64,000 bases of DNA from Planctomycetota bacterium. Lineage in GTDB: Bacteria > Planctomycetota > UBA8108 > SXIK01. The stretch spans positions 2,688,001 through 2,752,000 of the forward strand of contig OZ244999.1 in the NCBI GenBank assembly GCA_965223265.1. The letters are read 5' to 3'. Made by a program: the position numbers and the translations under genes. The notes under the pieces were generated by a model. It searched no databases, was not told the origin of the DNA, and worked only from the letters and a program-made list of their open reading frames with translations. Below are positions 10,378 to 19,274 of this stretch, one piece after another (the first letter of the stretch is position 1; each line of letters starts with the position of its first letter).

Positions 10378-10722
10378 TCAACCGGGCATCGTCGTGTTTC
10401 CCTGCTGGGCGGAGCGGCTCCGCGCGTCGGCCGCGGCCTTCTCGAGCAGCAAGGAATCGGTGCTACCGCGAGTGGTCGCCAGACTCGAGACTCCATAGCC
10501 AAAGCCCGACATGCTGTTGAACCAGATCTCTTGGCCGGTGTGTGGGTCGAGGCAGTACTGATATCCGTTCACCGCTACGAAGAGCTGATCGCCGTCGAGG
10601 AGTAGCGAGACGTATCCGGATCCGGACGGCGCCTTCCAATCCCAGACGATTCTGCCATCGCGTCGCTCCAGCGCGGCGACGCGCGAGTTGAATCCTACGA
10701 AGACGAGCTCGTCGGTTTTCAT
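10378..10722 (-). CDS. Small PQQ-binding-like beta-propeller repeat protein
   Basis: 'VAALERRDGRIVW' and 'YCLDPHTGQEIW' tryptophan-docking repeats; RBS-like GAGGTG upstream. Confidence 0.75.
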   Translation of the reverse strand: MKTDELVFVGFNSRVAALERRDGRIVWDWKAPSGSGYVSLLLDGDQLFVAVNGYQYCLDPHTGQEIWFNSMSGFGYGVSSLATTRGSTDSLLLEKAAADARSRSAQQGNTTMPG

Positions 10723-10761
10723 GTCTCACCTCATGCTTTTGCGGTCGCTCCTGTCCGGAAA

Positions 10762-10789
10762 GTAGCAGGCACACGCCGTGTGCCGTCCG
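10762..10789 (+). repeat. GTAG-type REP-like palindrome (GTAGCAGGCACACGCCGTGTGCCGTCCG)
   Basis: GTAG followed by a GGCACAC/GTGTGCC stem. Related copies at 34079-34137 (degenerate doublet), 63356-63383 (inverted) and a half copy at 29776. Confidence 0.6.
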
Positions 10790-10985
10790 TCGCCAGTTTG
10801 GGAAATAGCTGCGGTCAAAGGAAACCGTGAGCTGCAGTCGTCACCACACGGCTACAATGGTCTCGCATCGCACCGATCGGCGTCGCATGAATCGAGCCGT
10901 GCGAGACGAACGGCCGCGCTGCACCCGCGAGACGATCGGGCTCATCTCAACACACACGACAACACAGGACGCGAGTCGACATCCA

Positions 10986-13652
10986 ATGAATAACCCCTTG
11001 CAGACCACGCGAACGCCGCCGCGGCGGCGTTTGTTGAAGACGGGATTCCCTCTGGTTTTGCTAACGCTTGGCGTGCTCCTACTCGACGCGTCGGCCTCGG
11101 AGTTGCATGCATCCGAGATCGATTTTGCACTTCCTTGGCAGCGGCTGACCGTTGTTGGCAGCGACGAGCCCACGGCTGTTGAGCAGCGATACCTCGAGCT
11201 CTTGACCGACCGGCTTCGCAGGATCGATGGCGTTGAGGTTGAAGCGGTGCAAGACCTCAGCACCGACGTCCGCCGCGACGGCCTCGTTCTTCTCGTCGGA
11301 CGCCCGTCGAATCACGCCGCACTGGCTCACAAGCTTTCCGCATGGCGTGTGCCCAAGCCGACCGAGAAGAACCCGGGTCCGGAGGGTTTCGTTCTTCGTT
11401 CGCAGCCTCTGGAGGGTGGGGGAGTGACGGTGCTCGCGGCCGGAGTCGATGAGAGGGGCGTCCTCTACGCGATCGGCGAGTTCCTCAGGCAGATCGAAGA
11501 GCGTGGCGATGGTGTGGTCTTTCCGTCGCAGCTCGACATTCGTACCGCTCCCGCCTTCGAGATCCGCGGCACCGAACCGCGGCAGGGACACACCGTGCGC
11601 GAGCTCACGGGCACGCGCGACTGGACTGAAGAAGAGCGCCAGGACTATCTGCTCGATTACGCTCTCGCCGGTGCCAACACCTTCGCGTACGAGTACGAGC
11701 TGCCGGCCCGCTATGGCCTCAAGTCGCTGGTTGGCCACTGTCCGAACGTCGGCAGCGGCCCCGAAGAGTGGCAGGCAATGGAGGCGATCGGGCGTACCGG
11801 TTACCTCTGCCCGTCGGTGCCGGAGGCGCGGGAACATCTTCTCAAAAGCTGCGAAAATCGTTTCAAGAACGCGCCGCCGTGGGACTACGTGCGCATGAAC
11901 TCCGGCGACGGCGGCGGCTGTGAGTGCGACCGCTGCGCGCCGTACGGCGGGACGTACATTCGCCTCGCTGCCGACATGGCGCAGATCATCCACAAGTATC
12001 TGCCGAACGCCAAAATTTTCTGCACCAACCAGAAGCTCGACAACGCCGGCGAGGAGGCGATTTTCAACTACCTGAATGAGAAACCGCGGCCTTGGCTCGC
12101 TGCGATCTGCTACGCGCCGGGGTCAAACGCCATGAGCTTCCAGCCGGGGCGACGGCAAGACCATCGCATGGATCTCTTTCGCTACCCGGCTTTCGGCGAA
12201 TACGACCGCTATTTGCGCGAGATGCTGCACCGCTTGCCGCGCCAACAGGACATCGTCTTCTTCACGGGTCTGACGCATTGGATCTATTCGGAGTACGGTC
12301 TCGTGACCGGGCCGTTTCCGCCCGATCGCAACTACGAGACGCCACCCCACTGGAGCCGACACATCTACAACAAGAGGCCCGATGCCGCACTTGTGCGCGT
12401 CTACAACCGCCGCACGTTCCACGTGCGGCCGCGGGCCTACTATCGCGCCTTCCAGGAAACCATGCGCTACTCGATCGGCGACGTGACCTATTCAGAGGGA
12501 CAACACGACCACTTCAATCAGTGGATGTGGCAGCGCCTTTTGTGGAACCCGCACCAAAGCGTCGAGGAGGTCGTCTCGGAGTACGCGCGCACATGGTTTG
12601 GCCGCGACGCTGCGCAGGCGATGGCGAAAGCGATCTTTCAGCTTGAGAAGAACTACTCGACACCACTGGCCACGAACGAGGGGATCGATCGTCTGATTCT
12701 CCTTGTCACCGAGGCGGGCCTGGCGATGCCGCCGCATCTCAAGGCGAAGAACGTCTTGTGGCGCCAGTACATGGAGAAGGCACTCCTCGACAAGTACGTG
12801 CAGCTGCGCCTGCGGCGGCAGCTAGCGCTCGAAGCTGACGTGATGGAGGTCCTCAGCGCAGCAGATCGCGGCGAGCGAGATGCGGAGGCGGCACTTGCGA
12901 TCGCGGCGGAGCGTTTTGCCGCCGCCATCGAGAGTGCCGAGATGAAACGACTGCGCGCTGAGGCCGATCGGCTCGGATCTGAGACCGATCGGCTGCTTGG
13001 CGTGCGCAGCGATGGCGCGTTCAATCTCGAGCAGGACCTTGTCGGGCTTGGTTGGCTCCGTCAGCAGGTGTCGGTAGCGCACAAGCTCGACTCGGGCGAC
13101 GAACGTCGCCGGGCGATCGCCGCCATCGTTCACTACGAGGACCCGGGTGAGGGTGGTTTCTATGACAATCCCGGAGTGCCCGGTGGCGCGCCCCGACTTG
13201 TCTACGGCTTTCCGCGGCGTTTTCGTGCCGGGACGTTTCGGGCATCGCAATCGTCCTTTGCCTACACGACCGACGAGCAGCGCGGCGTCACCTTTGCCTA
13301 CGACGGTCTCGATCGCGAATCCTCCTATCGCATCCGCTTCACGCTGGCGCGCTGGGAGCGTCCGAATCGGCCAGGGAGAAGGCCGCGCCCGAAGTTTCAG
13401 AAGACGCAGTCGATCTACGCCGACGGGCACGCACTAGCGCAAGACCTCGAGTTGCCGGCGAACGACCCGTCATTCTTCGAGTTCGACATCCCTGCCGATC
13501 TGACGCGCGACGGCCAGCTCGAGGTGTGGTTCGAAAAGGAGAAGGGCGTCGGCGAGGGAACGCAAGCCGAGAAGACGATCTGGCGTGTGGCAGGCGGCTG
13601 GGGTACGCTGTGCAGTGAGGTGTGGTTGATGAAGCGGCCGAGCGGGTCGTGA
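10986..13652 (+). CDS. Secreted hypothetical glycoside-hydrolase-like protein (GH20-like N-terminal zincin domain)
   Basis: Signal-like N-terminus; 'PGPEGFVL...AGVDERGVLYAIGEFLR...PAFEIRG' is typical of GH20/GH67 N-terminal domains; CxCxxC motif. Start uncertain (track ORF 10827). Confidence 0.6.
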   Translation: MNNPLQTTRTPPRRRLLKTGFPLVLLTLGVLLLDASASELHASEIDFALPWQRLTVVGSDEPTAVEQRYLELLTDRLRRIDGVEVEAVQDLSTDVRRDGLVLLVGRPSNHAALAHKLSAWRVPKPTEKNPGPEGFVLRSQPLEGGGVTVLAAGVDERGVLYAIGEFLRQIEERGDGVVFPSQLDIRTAPAFEIRGTEPRQGHTVRELTGTRDWTEEERQDYLLDYALAGANTFAYEYELPARYGLKSLVGHCPNVGSGPEEWQAMEAIGRTGYLCPSVPEAREHLLKSCENRFKNAPPWDYVRMNSGDGGGCECDRCAPYGGTYIRLAADMAQIIHKYLPNAKIFCTNQKLDNAGEEAIFNYLNEKPRPWLAAICYAPGSNAMSFQPGRRQDHRMDLFRYPAFGEYDRYLREMLHRLPRQQDIVFFTGLTHWIYSEYGLVTGPFPPDRNYETPPHWSRHIYNKRPDAALVRVYNRRTFHVRPRAYYRAFQETMRYSIGDVTYSEGQHDHFNQWMWQRLLWNPHQSVEEVVSEYARTWFGRDAAQAMAKAIFQLEKNYSTPLATNEGIDRLILLVTEAGLAMPPHLKAKNVLWRQYMEKALLDKYVQLRLRRQLALEADVMEVLSAADRGERDAEAALAIAAERFAAAIESAEMKRLRAEADRLGSETDRLLGVRSDGAFNLEQDLVGLGWLRQQVSVAHKLDSGDERRRAIAAIVHYEDPGEGGFYDNPGVPGGAPRLVYGFPRRFRAGTFRASQSSFAYTTDEQRGVTFAYDGLDRESSYRIRFTLARWERPNRPGRRPRPKFQKTQSIYADGHALAQDLELPANDPSFFEFDIPADLTRDGQLEVWFEKEKGVGEGTQAEKTIWRVAGGWGTLCSEVWLMKRPSGS

Positions 13653-13948
13653 CGTGGCAGTTTTTGTTGCGGCTTCAAATCTGCGTGGGTGAAACGTCGA
13701 ATGTTGCCCGTAGACGATGTTGCCCTGGCCGCAGGCATTCAATCACGCCGCTACAAGCTGCTGCCGTGGGTCGTCGGTGCGATGGAGAAGAGGTTGATTT
13801 CTGTCGCGCGGGAACGCGAGTACGGCGTCGTTTCGAGCCCGCGCTCGGTCGGTTGGCGCGGCACTCTTCGCATCTTCCGTCGGATGCTCGCTCCGAGCGA
13901 CACGGTCCCGGAACGAGTGTGACGTTGCCATAACTGAAGGATCATCGA

Positions 13949-14683
13949 ATGGAATCCCCGTACTCTCCCCCTTCCGAAGATCACCTCCGGCGCGGTCAAC
14001 AGTACGACTTTGTTCCGGCGAACACGCGTGGGTTGGTGACCTTCCTTTTCATCGGTTTGATCGTCGGAACAGCCATTACCCTGCTCGATGTCATGTGCGC
14101 GCTGACGATCCCAACGTGGAACGATCCCAATGCAGCACCGAGTAGTGACTTCGAGGTCACGGCGATCAATCTCGCGCTGGCGGGTGGTTTACTCTACATT
14201 GTTGTCTTCGTGGTCACCATTGTGCTTTTTTGCATTTGGATCCACCGAGCGAATCGTAACGCCCGAGCACTCGGTGCCCAGGGCATGGCGTTCACCCCGG
14301 GTTGGTGCGTCGGCTGGTGGTTCGTGCCTTTTCTCAACTTGTTCAAGCCGTACCAGGCGGTGAAGGAACTGTACCTCGCCAGTGATTCGAAGGGAGGTCC
14401 CGAGGGATGGCAAGCCGCTGCGGCGCCCCGGGTTTTTGCCCTCTGGTGGAGCACATGGATCATCGCGAATCTTGCTAGCAACGCCGAGCTCCGCCTTGGC
14501 ATTCGGGATGATCCGCAGCTTGTCGAGGCCAGCTCCTGGTTTGGCGCCGTTGGAACGGTGTTCTCCATTCCGTCCTGCTTCGCCGTCGTCTGGATCATCA
14601 AAGCCATTGAGCGAAGGCAGCTGGTCACAGCTGGCTGGGACGACATCGATGCTGCCACGGACGGAATCTCCGCGGTGGACTAA
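13949..14683 (+). CDS. DUF4328 domain membrane protein
   Basis: 'WIHRANRNARALG...FTPGWCVGWWFVPFLNLFKPYQAVKELY' signature; N-terminal 'SPY.PP'. Confidence 0.85.
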   Translation: MESPYSPPSEDHLRRGQQYDFVPANTRGLVTFLFIGLIVGTAITLLDVMCALTIPTWNDPNAAPSSDFEVTAINLALAGGLLYIVVFVVTIVLFCIWIHRANRNARALGAQGMAFTPGWCVGWWFVPFLNLFKPYQAVKELYLASDSKGGPEGWQAAAAPRVFALWWSTWIIANLASNAELRLGIRDDPQLVEASSWFGAVGTVFSIPSCFAVVWIIKAIERRQLVTAGWDDIDAATDGISAVD

Positions 14684-14903
14684 CTTCCGAGAGGGAGGTC
14701 ATGAAAGCGTTCACACGTTTGTCCCTTTCGTGCGGCGAAACTGCCGAGTCGATACAACTCCGGACTCACTCGACTGCGAGTCATATCCGCTCTGCGAGTA
14801 GGATGTGTGGGGGTGACGACATCGTCATTCGGCGGAGCTTCTTCGCACGGCTCTTCGAGTGGCTCAACGGTTTTTCCGAAGCGTTACCTGATCCGCGTGA
14901 ACT

Positions 14904-17336
14904 ATGAGACGACCAAGCTTGGAATTGACCTCGGTGCAGCGATCGCTTGTTGCCGCTTTTTTCGCTTCGGTCTGTGCCGCAAGTACGTACGGCGATGCAT
15001 CGGACCCGCCGTCTCTGAAGATCGTGACCCTCGGCGATTCGATCACCAAGGGTGTTCGCACGGGTGTTCGCGCGGAGGAGACCTTTGCAGCGCTCGTCGA
15101 GACCGGCTTGCGGCAGCGCGGGGTCGCCGTTGAGGTGGTGAACGCCGGCATCGGCGGTGAGCGCACCGACCAAGCACTCGCACGGCTCGAGAACGTCATC
15201 GAGCTTGCGCCCAGCTACGTCACCGTCATGTATGGGACGAACGACAGCTATGTCGACCGTGGAGGCGAGGCGAGTCGGCTCTCAGTCAGCGTGTATCGTG
15301 ACAACTTGCGCGAGATCGTCCGGAGGTTGCTTCTTGCCGGCGCTGAGCCGGTTCTCATGACCTCACCACGCTGGGCACCTGGAGCTCGCAACGGCATCGG
15401 CGAAGACCCGAACGACAGGCTTGTAGAGTATGTGGAGGCTTGTCGTCAGGTGGCGCGAGAACTTGACGTTGCGCTGGTCGATCACTTCGCTGCTTGGACG
15501 AGTGCGGAGGCCCAAGGTGAAAAACTGATCGACTGGACGACCGACCGCTGCCATCCCAACCGGCTCGGTCACGTTCAGCTCGCCGAGAGCATCTTGGCGG
15601 TGCTGAACGAGAGACTGACTCAAGCGGCCGAGGCCGTTCCGTTTCGCGTCAACCTGGAGACGATTCTCGAGCACGACGATGGGAAGTTTCTCTGGTTTCA
15701 TCCACGAGTGACCGCCATGCCGAGGCGAGAAGACGAACTCTCACCGACGGTGCTCATGACGATTCAGAAACACCTGCGCACATCCGATCACTACTCCGGA
15801 CTGAGCGATTTGTACACGCTCGACCTTGGCGCGACGTGGAGCGCACCGCGTGCACGTCCCGAGCTCGACTGGACGCCGGGAGGCGAAGGCGTCGACGTGG
15901 CGGTCGCTGACGTGACGCCGGGCTGGCACGCTACCAGCGGCTGCGTGATCGCCATCGGCGCGCAGGTGCGCTACAGCCGTGATGGCCGACAGCTCGAGGA
16001 TCAGCCGCGCGCGCATCAGACGGCGTACGCGATCTTCGATCCGCGACATGACCGTTGGACGCGTTGGCGCCGCCTCGACATGCCCACTGCTGCCGAGTTC
16101 AACTTTGCTCGCAGCGCCTGTGCGCAGTTTGTCGTGGAGCCGGACGGGACGCTGCTCCTGCCGTTTTACATCGCCACGTCAGCCGCCGTACCCTACTCAA
16201 CGACGGTGGTTCAGTGCGCCTTCGACGGCGAAGAGATCACCTATCGCGAACACGGCGATGTGCTTGAGCTCAGCGACGGGCGTGGCCTCTACGAGCCTTC
16301 GCTCGTGCGGTTTCAGAAACGCTACTATCTAACGATCCGCGGCGACAGCGGTGCTTACGTGACTGCGGGCGAGGACGGGCTTCACTACCGGCCGGTCAAG
16401 GCGTGGCGATTCGACGACGGCACCGAGCTTGGCAGCTACAACACGCAGCAACATTGGCTAACAACCGCGAACGGTCTCTTTTTGGTCTACACACGACGCG
16501 GCGCCGAGAACGATCACATAATGCGCCATCGCGCACCCCTCTTCATGGCGCAGGTGGACCCAGATCGACTTCACGTGCTCCGCGGCACGGAGAAGGTTCT
16601 CGTTCCCGAGCGCGGCGCAACGCTTGGCAACTTTGGTGCTGCACCGATCAATAGGCACGAGTCCTGGGTGACCGTCGCCGAGGGCGTGTGGAACGACGAT
16701 GCCCGGCGACGCGGCGCAACCGGCGCCGTTTTCCTTGCGCGCGTCGAGTGGTCGAGCGCGGTCGCGCACACGTTCGACGCGGGCCATGAGGGGTGGAAGG
16801 TCTACGACTATGAGGCGGCTGCGGCGCGGCGCGATGGCTTTCCCGCCGTTACCTGGGAGCACAGCGACGGCGTCGCCGATTCAGGTCACGTTTCTGCGGA
16901 CGATGCACGCTGGACGATCGACACCCCAGAGCGGCCGCACTCCATTCTGCCCTTCATCATCTATCGGCAGTGGACGAAGCGCGGTGGGCTCGACCTCCGC
17001 GGCGCGACGCTGTCTGTGTACTTGCGCGGTGACGACCTCGATCTCAAGGGTGGAACGTGCCTCTTCTGGGTCCTGAACCACAAGAGCGGCACACGGTGGC
17101 ACTACGCGGCGAATCCTTTGACCATCTTTCGCGGCGGCTGGGGGCCGAAACAGCAGCTGGAGCTTGCGAACGACGCGTCGCTCTGGAACATGAGTTGGTC
17201 GCGCGATCCGAAGAACCCTGCGAGCCTTGACGCGGTCCTCAGCGATGCTGACAGCTACGGATTCTCGTTCGTCGGATTCTTGAGCGAAGTGACGGGCACA
17301 ATCCGCATGGATGAACTTGCCATCGAGGGACGCTGA
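14904..17336 (+). CDS. SGNH/GDSL hydrolase fused to a sialidase-like (BNR) propeller and a C-terminal beta domain
   Basis: 'LGDSIT', 'NAGIGG', 'YGTND' and 'DRCHPN' SGNH blocks; Asp-box-like 'TLDLGATW'; 'GLYEPSL', 'GSYNTQQHW' and 'RHRAPLF'. Confidence 0.75.
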   Translation: MRRPSLELTSVQRSLVAAFFASVCAASTYGDASDPPSLKIVTLGDSITKGVRTGVRAEETFAALVETGLRQRGVAVEVVNAGIGGERTDQALARLENVIELAPSYVTVMYGTNDSYVDRGGEASRLSVSVYRDNLREIVRRLLLAGAEPVLMTSPRWAPGARNGIGEDPNDRLVEYVEACRQVARELDVALVDHFAAWTSAEAQGEKLIDWTTDRCHPNRLGHVQLAESILAVLNERLTQAAEAVPFRVNLETILEHDDGKFLWFHPRVTAMPRREDELSPTVLMTIQKHLRTSDHYSGLSDLYTLDLGATWSAPRARPELDWTPGGEGVDVAVADVTPGWHATSGCVIAIGAQVRYSRDGRQLEDQPRAHQTAYAIFDPRHDRWTRWRRLDMPTAAEFNFARSACAQFVVEPDGTLLLPFYIATSAAVPYSTTVVQCAFDGEEITYREHGDVLELSDGRGLYEPSLVRFQKRYYLTIRGDSGAYVTAGEDGLHYRPVKAWRFDDGTELGSYNTQQHWLTTANGLFLVYTRRGAENDHIMRHRAPLFMAQVDPDRLHVLRGTEKVLVPERGATLGNFGAAPINRHESWVTVAEGVWNDDARRRGATGAVFLARVEWSSAVAHTFDAGHEGWKVYDYEAAAARRDGFPAVTWEHSDGVADSGHVSADDARWTIDTPERPHSILPFIIYRQWTKRGGLDLRGATLSVYLRGDDLDLKGGTCLFWVLNHKSGTRWHYAANPLTIFRGGWGPKQQLELANDASLWNMSWSRDPKNPASLDAVLSDADSYGFSFVGFLSEVTGTIRMDELAIEGR

Positions 17337-17399
17337 GCGTCCTTCCAACCCATGCGATAGACGAGGAAAGATCGACGGTTCAAGAAAGGAAGAGGGATT

Positions 17400-17608
17400 G
17401 AACAGAAGAGCACGAAGGTAACGAAGACCGGAGTCAGATGTCGGCACTCCACCGCCGATTTGTTCGTTGCACGTGGTGTGGTTCTGAAGAGCGAGTTGGG
17501 CTCGGTGGGCGCAACGAGCTTGTGATTTTTCTCTTTGCCTTCGTTTTCTTTGTTCCCTTTTGTTCGAAGAAAGAGGGATCGAAGAGAAGAGAACGAAGGT
17601 AACCAAGG
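17400..17608. repeat. Degenerate GAACAGAAG-type palindromic repeat cluster
   Basis: GAACAGAAGAGCACGAAGGTAACGAAG at 17400, complementary pyrimidine-rich arm at ~17540-17565 and another purine arm at ~17581-17608; related to the perfect palindrome at 30130-30193. Confidence 0.5.
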
Positions 17609-17708
17609 CGGAGGGGGCGATTCGCTTCCGCCTTGTCTGAGAGCCAGAAAACCAGGGTCGATCCTTGACTTCGTCGGGGCTCTTACGGAGTGTGGGTTGT
17701 CGCTGAGA

Positions 17709-17915
17709 CTAGCCCGCATTTCTCACCAGAATTCGTAGCGAGGAGCCGTAAGTCGTGTCGTGGCAAGGAAGACTTTGCGATTCGACTGTTGAGTCCGACC
17801 GAGGAGGGAGGACGAAAGTGCTTCCTGCACACTGAGGATCGAATCGTGAAGTCTGACGCAGTCCACGGCGCGACTTACGGCCCGCAGTAGGAATCTGGTG
17901 AGAAATGCGGGCTAG
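17709..17915. mobile_element. MITE-like element with ~50-bp imperfect terminal inverted repeats bounded by CTAG
   Basis: CTAGCCCGCATTTCTCACCAGA at 17709 and its exact reverse complement ending at 17915; pairing extends through CCGTAAGTCG/CGACTTACGG; no transposase ORF. Confidence 0.75.
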
Positions 17916-17957
17916 CGTCATGACCTTCCTTCGCCGAACTCGAAAGGACGCCCTACG

Positions 17958-19265
17958 ATGAAACCAGCGCACGACATCCAGAAGCAGTTTCCACAAGCCG
18001 ACCGTGCCATGATCGAGTGGCTCGCCGCCAAGGAAGAGAAACAGAAACGGCTCTCGCGCCGGCGGTTTCTCGGTGCTGCAGCTGCCGGCCTCGGTGTCGT
18101 CGGACTTCTCGACACCATGCGCCGCGTTGAGGCTGATCAGCACAGCCGCGCACTCATTTCTCGTAACGAATCGATCAAGATCACCAAAGTCGAGAGCTTC
18201 GTGCTCAAGAGCAGCTGGGTGTTCGTCAAGATCTCGACCAACGTCGGGCTCGTCGGTTGGGGCGAGATGCTCAAGGACCGTAGTCTGACCTGCGCGACCG
18301 GACTGAAACAAGTCGAGCCGTATCTCCTGGGCAAGGACCCTCGCCGCGTCGTGCATCACTGGCAGGCGATCTACCGCCATGCTTTCTACCGCGGTGGACC
18401 GGTGCTGACGGCAGTCCTCAGCGGTATCGATCAAGCACTCTGGGACATCAAGGGCAAGGCGCTCGGCATGCCGGTCTACGAGCTTTTGGGTGGTCCGACG
18501 CGCGACAAGATCCGCGTCTACGGCGGTGAAGGCGACGTGCGCGCCGGACGCGTCAATGCGTGCAAGATCGGCCCGGGTGCCGATGGTCGCAATCCCTACC
18601 GCTATGTCGAGAGTCCGGGGATGGTGAAGAAGGTTGCAGAGCGGTTCCGGTCGCTGCGTGAGGAGTTCGGCGACGACGCCGACATCGGCATCGACTTTCA
18701 CGGTGCCGTGCAGCCGCAGACCGCGATGCTGCTCGTCAAAGCTCTCGAACCGTACCAACCGTTCTTCTACGAAGAGGTGATCCAGTGTCAGAACGTCGAC
18801 GCCATGGCTGAGATCGCCAGCAAGACGCACATTCCCATCGCCACCGGCGAGCGTGTGTTCACAAAGTGGGGCTTTCGCGAAATTCTCGAGAAGAAAGCCG
18901 CGAGTATTCTGCAGCCAGACGTCTGTTATGCCGGCGGCATCACCGAGCTTCGCCTCATCGCCGGCATGGCCGAGTCCTACTATGTGCCATTGGCGCCGCA
19001 CAATCCGCAGGGACCATGCTCACTTGCCGCCAGCTGTCAGATTGCTGCTGCGATTCCGAACTTTCTTATCCAAGAGGGAGGTGCGCGTTCCTACGCCCAT
19101 CTGCTCAAGGTGCCGTTTCAGCAAAAGGATTCTTACCTTCCACTGCCGCAGAAGCCAGGACTCGGCATCGAGATCGATGAAGAGAAGCTGCTGGCCCAGG
19201 TGGGGCCGCCGTCTCAGTATCCCGAGACGTACGATCACGAGGACGGATCGGTGGTGGACTGGTAG
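17958..19265 (+). CDS. dgoD: Galactonate dehydratase-like enzyme (mandelate racemase/enolase superfamily) with Tat-like signal
   Basis: 'HHWQAIYRHAFYRGGPVLTAVLSGIDQALWDIKGKALG.PVYELLGG', 'DFHG', 'EE', 'GER', 'LQPD' and 'APHNP.GP'; 'SRRRFLG' twin-arginine motif. Confidence 0.8.
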   Translation: MKPAHDIQKQFPQADRAMIEWLAAKEEKQKRLSRRRFLGAAAAGLGVVGLLDTMRRVEADQHSRALISRNESIKITKVESFVLKSSWVFVKISTNVGLVGWGEMLKDRSLTCATGLKQVEPYLLGKDPRRVVHHWQAIYRHAFYRGGPVLTAVLSGIDQALWDIKGKALGMPVYELLGGPTRDKIRVYGGEGDVRAGRVNACKIGPGADGRNPYRYVESPGMVKKVAERFRSLREEFGDDADIGIDFHGAVQPQTAMLLVKALEPYQPFFYEEVIQCQNVDAMAEIASKTHIPIATGERVFTKWGFREILEKKAASILQPDVCYAGGITELRLIAGMAESYYVPLAPHNPQGPCSLAASCQIAAAIPNFLIQEGGARSYAHLLKVPFQQKDSYLPLPQKPGLGIEIDEEKLLAQVGPPSQYPETYDHEDGSVVDW

Positions 19266-19274
19266 GCGACCAGT

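Noticed and set aside
13689-13922. 77-aa ORF between the GH-like gene and the DUF4328 gene
   Set aside because: No RBS or recognisable motif; cannot be supported as a gene.
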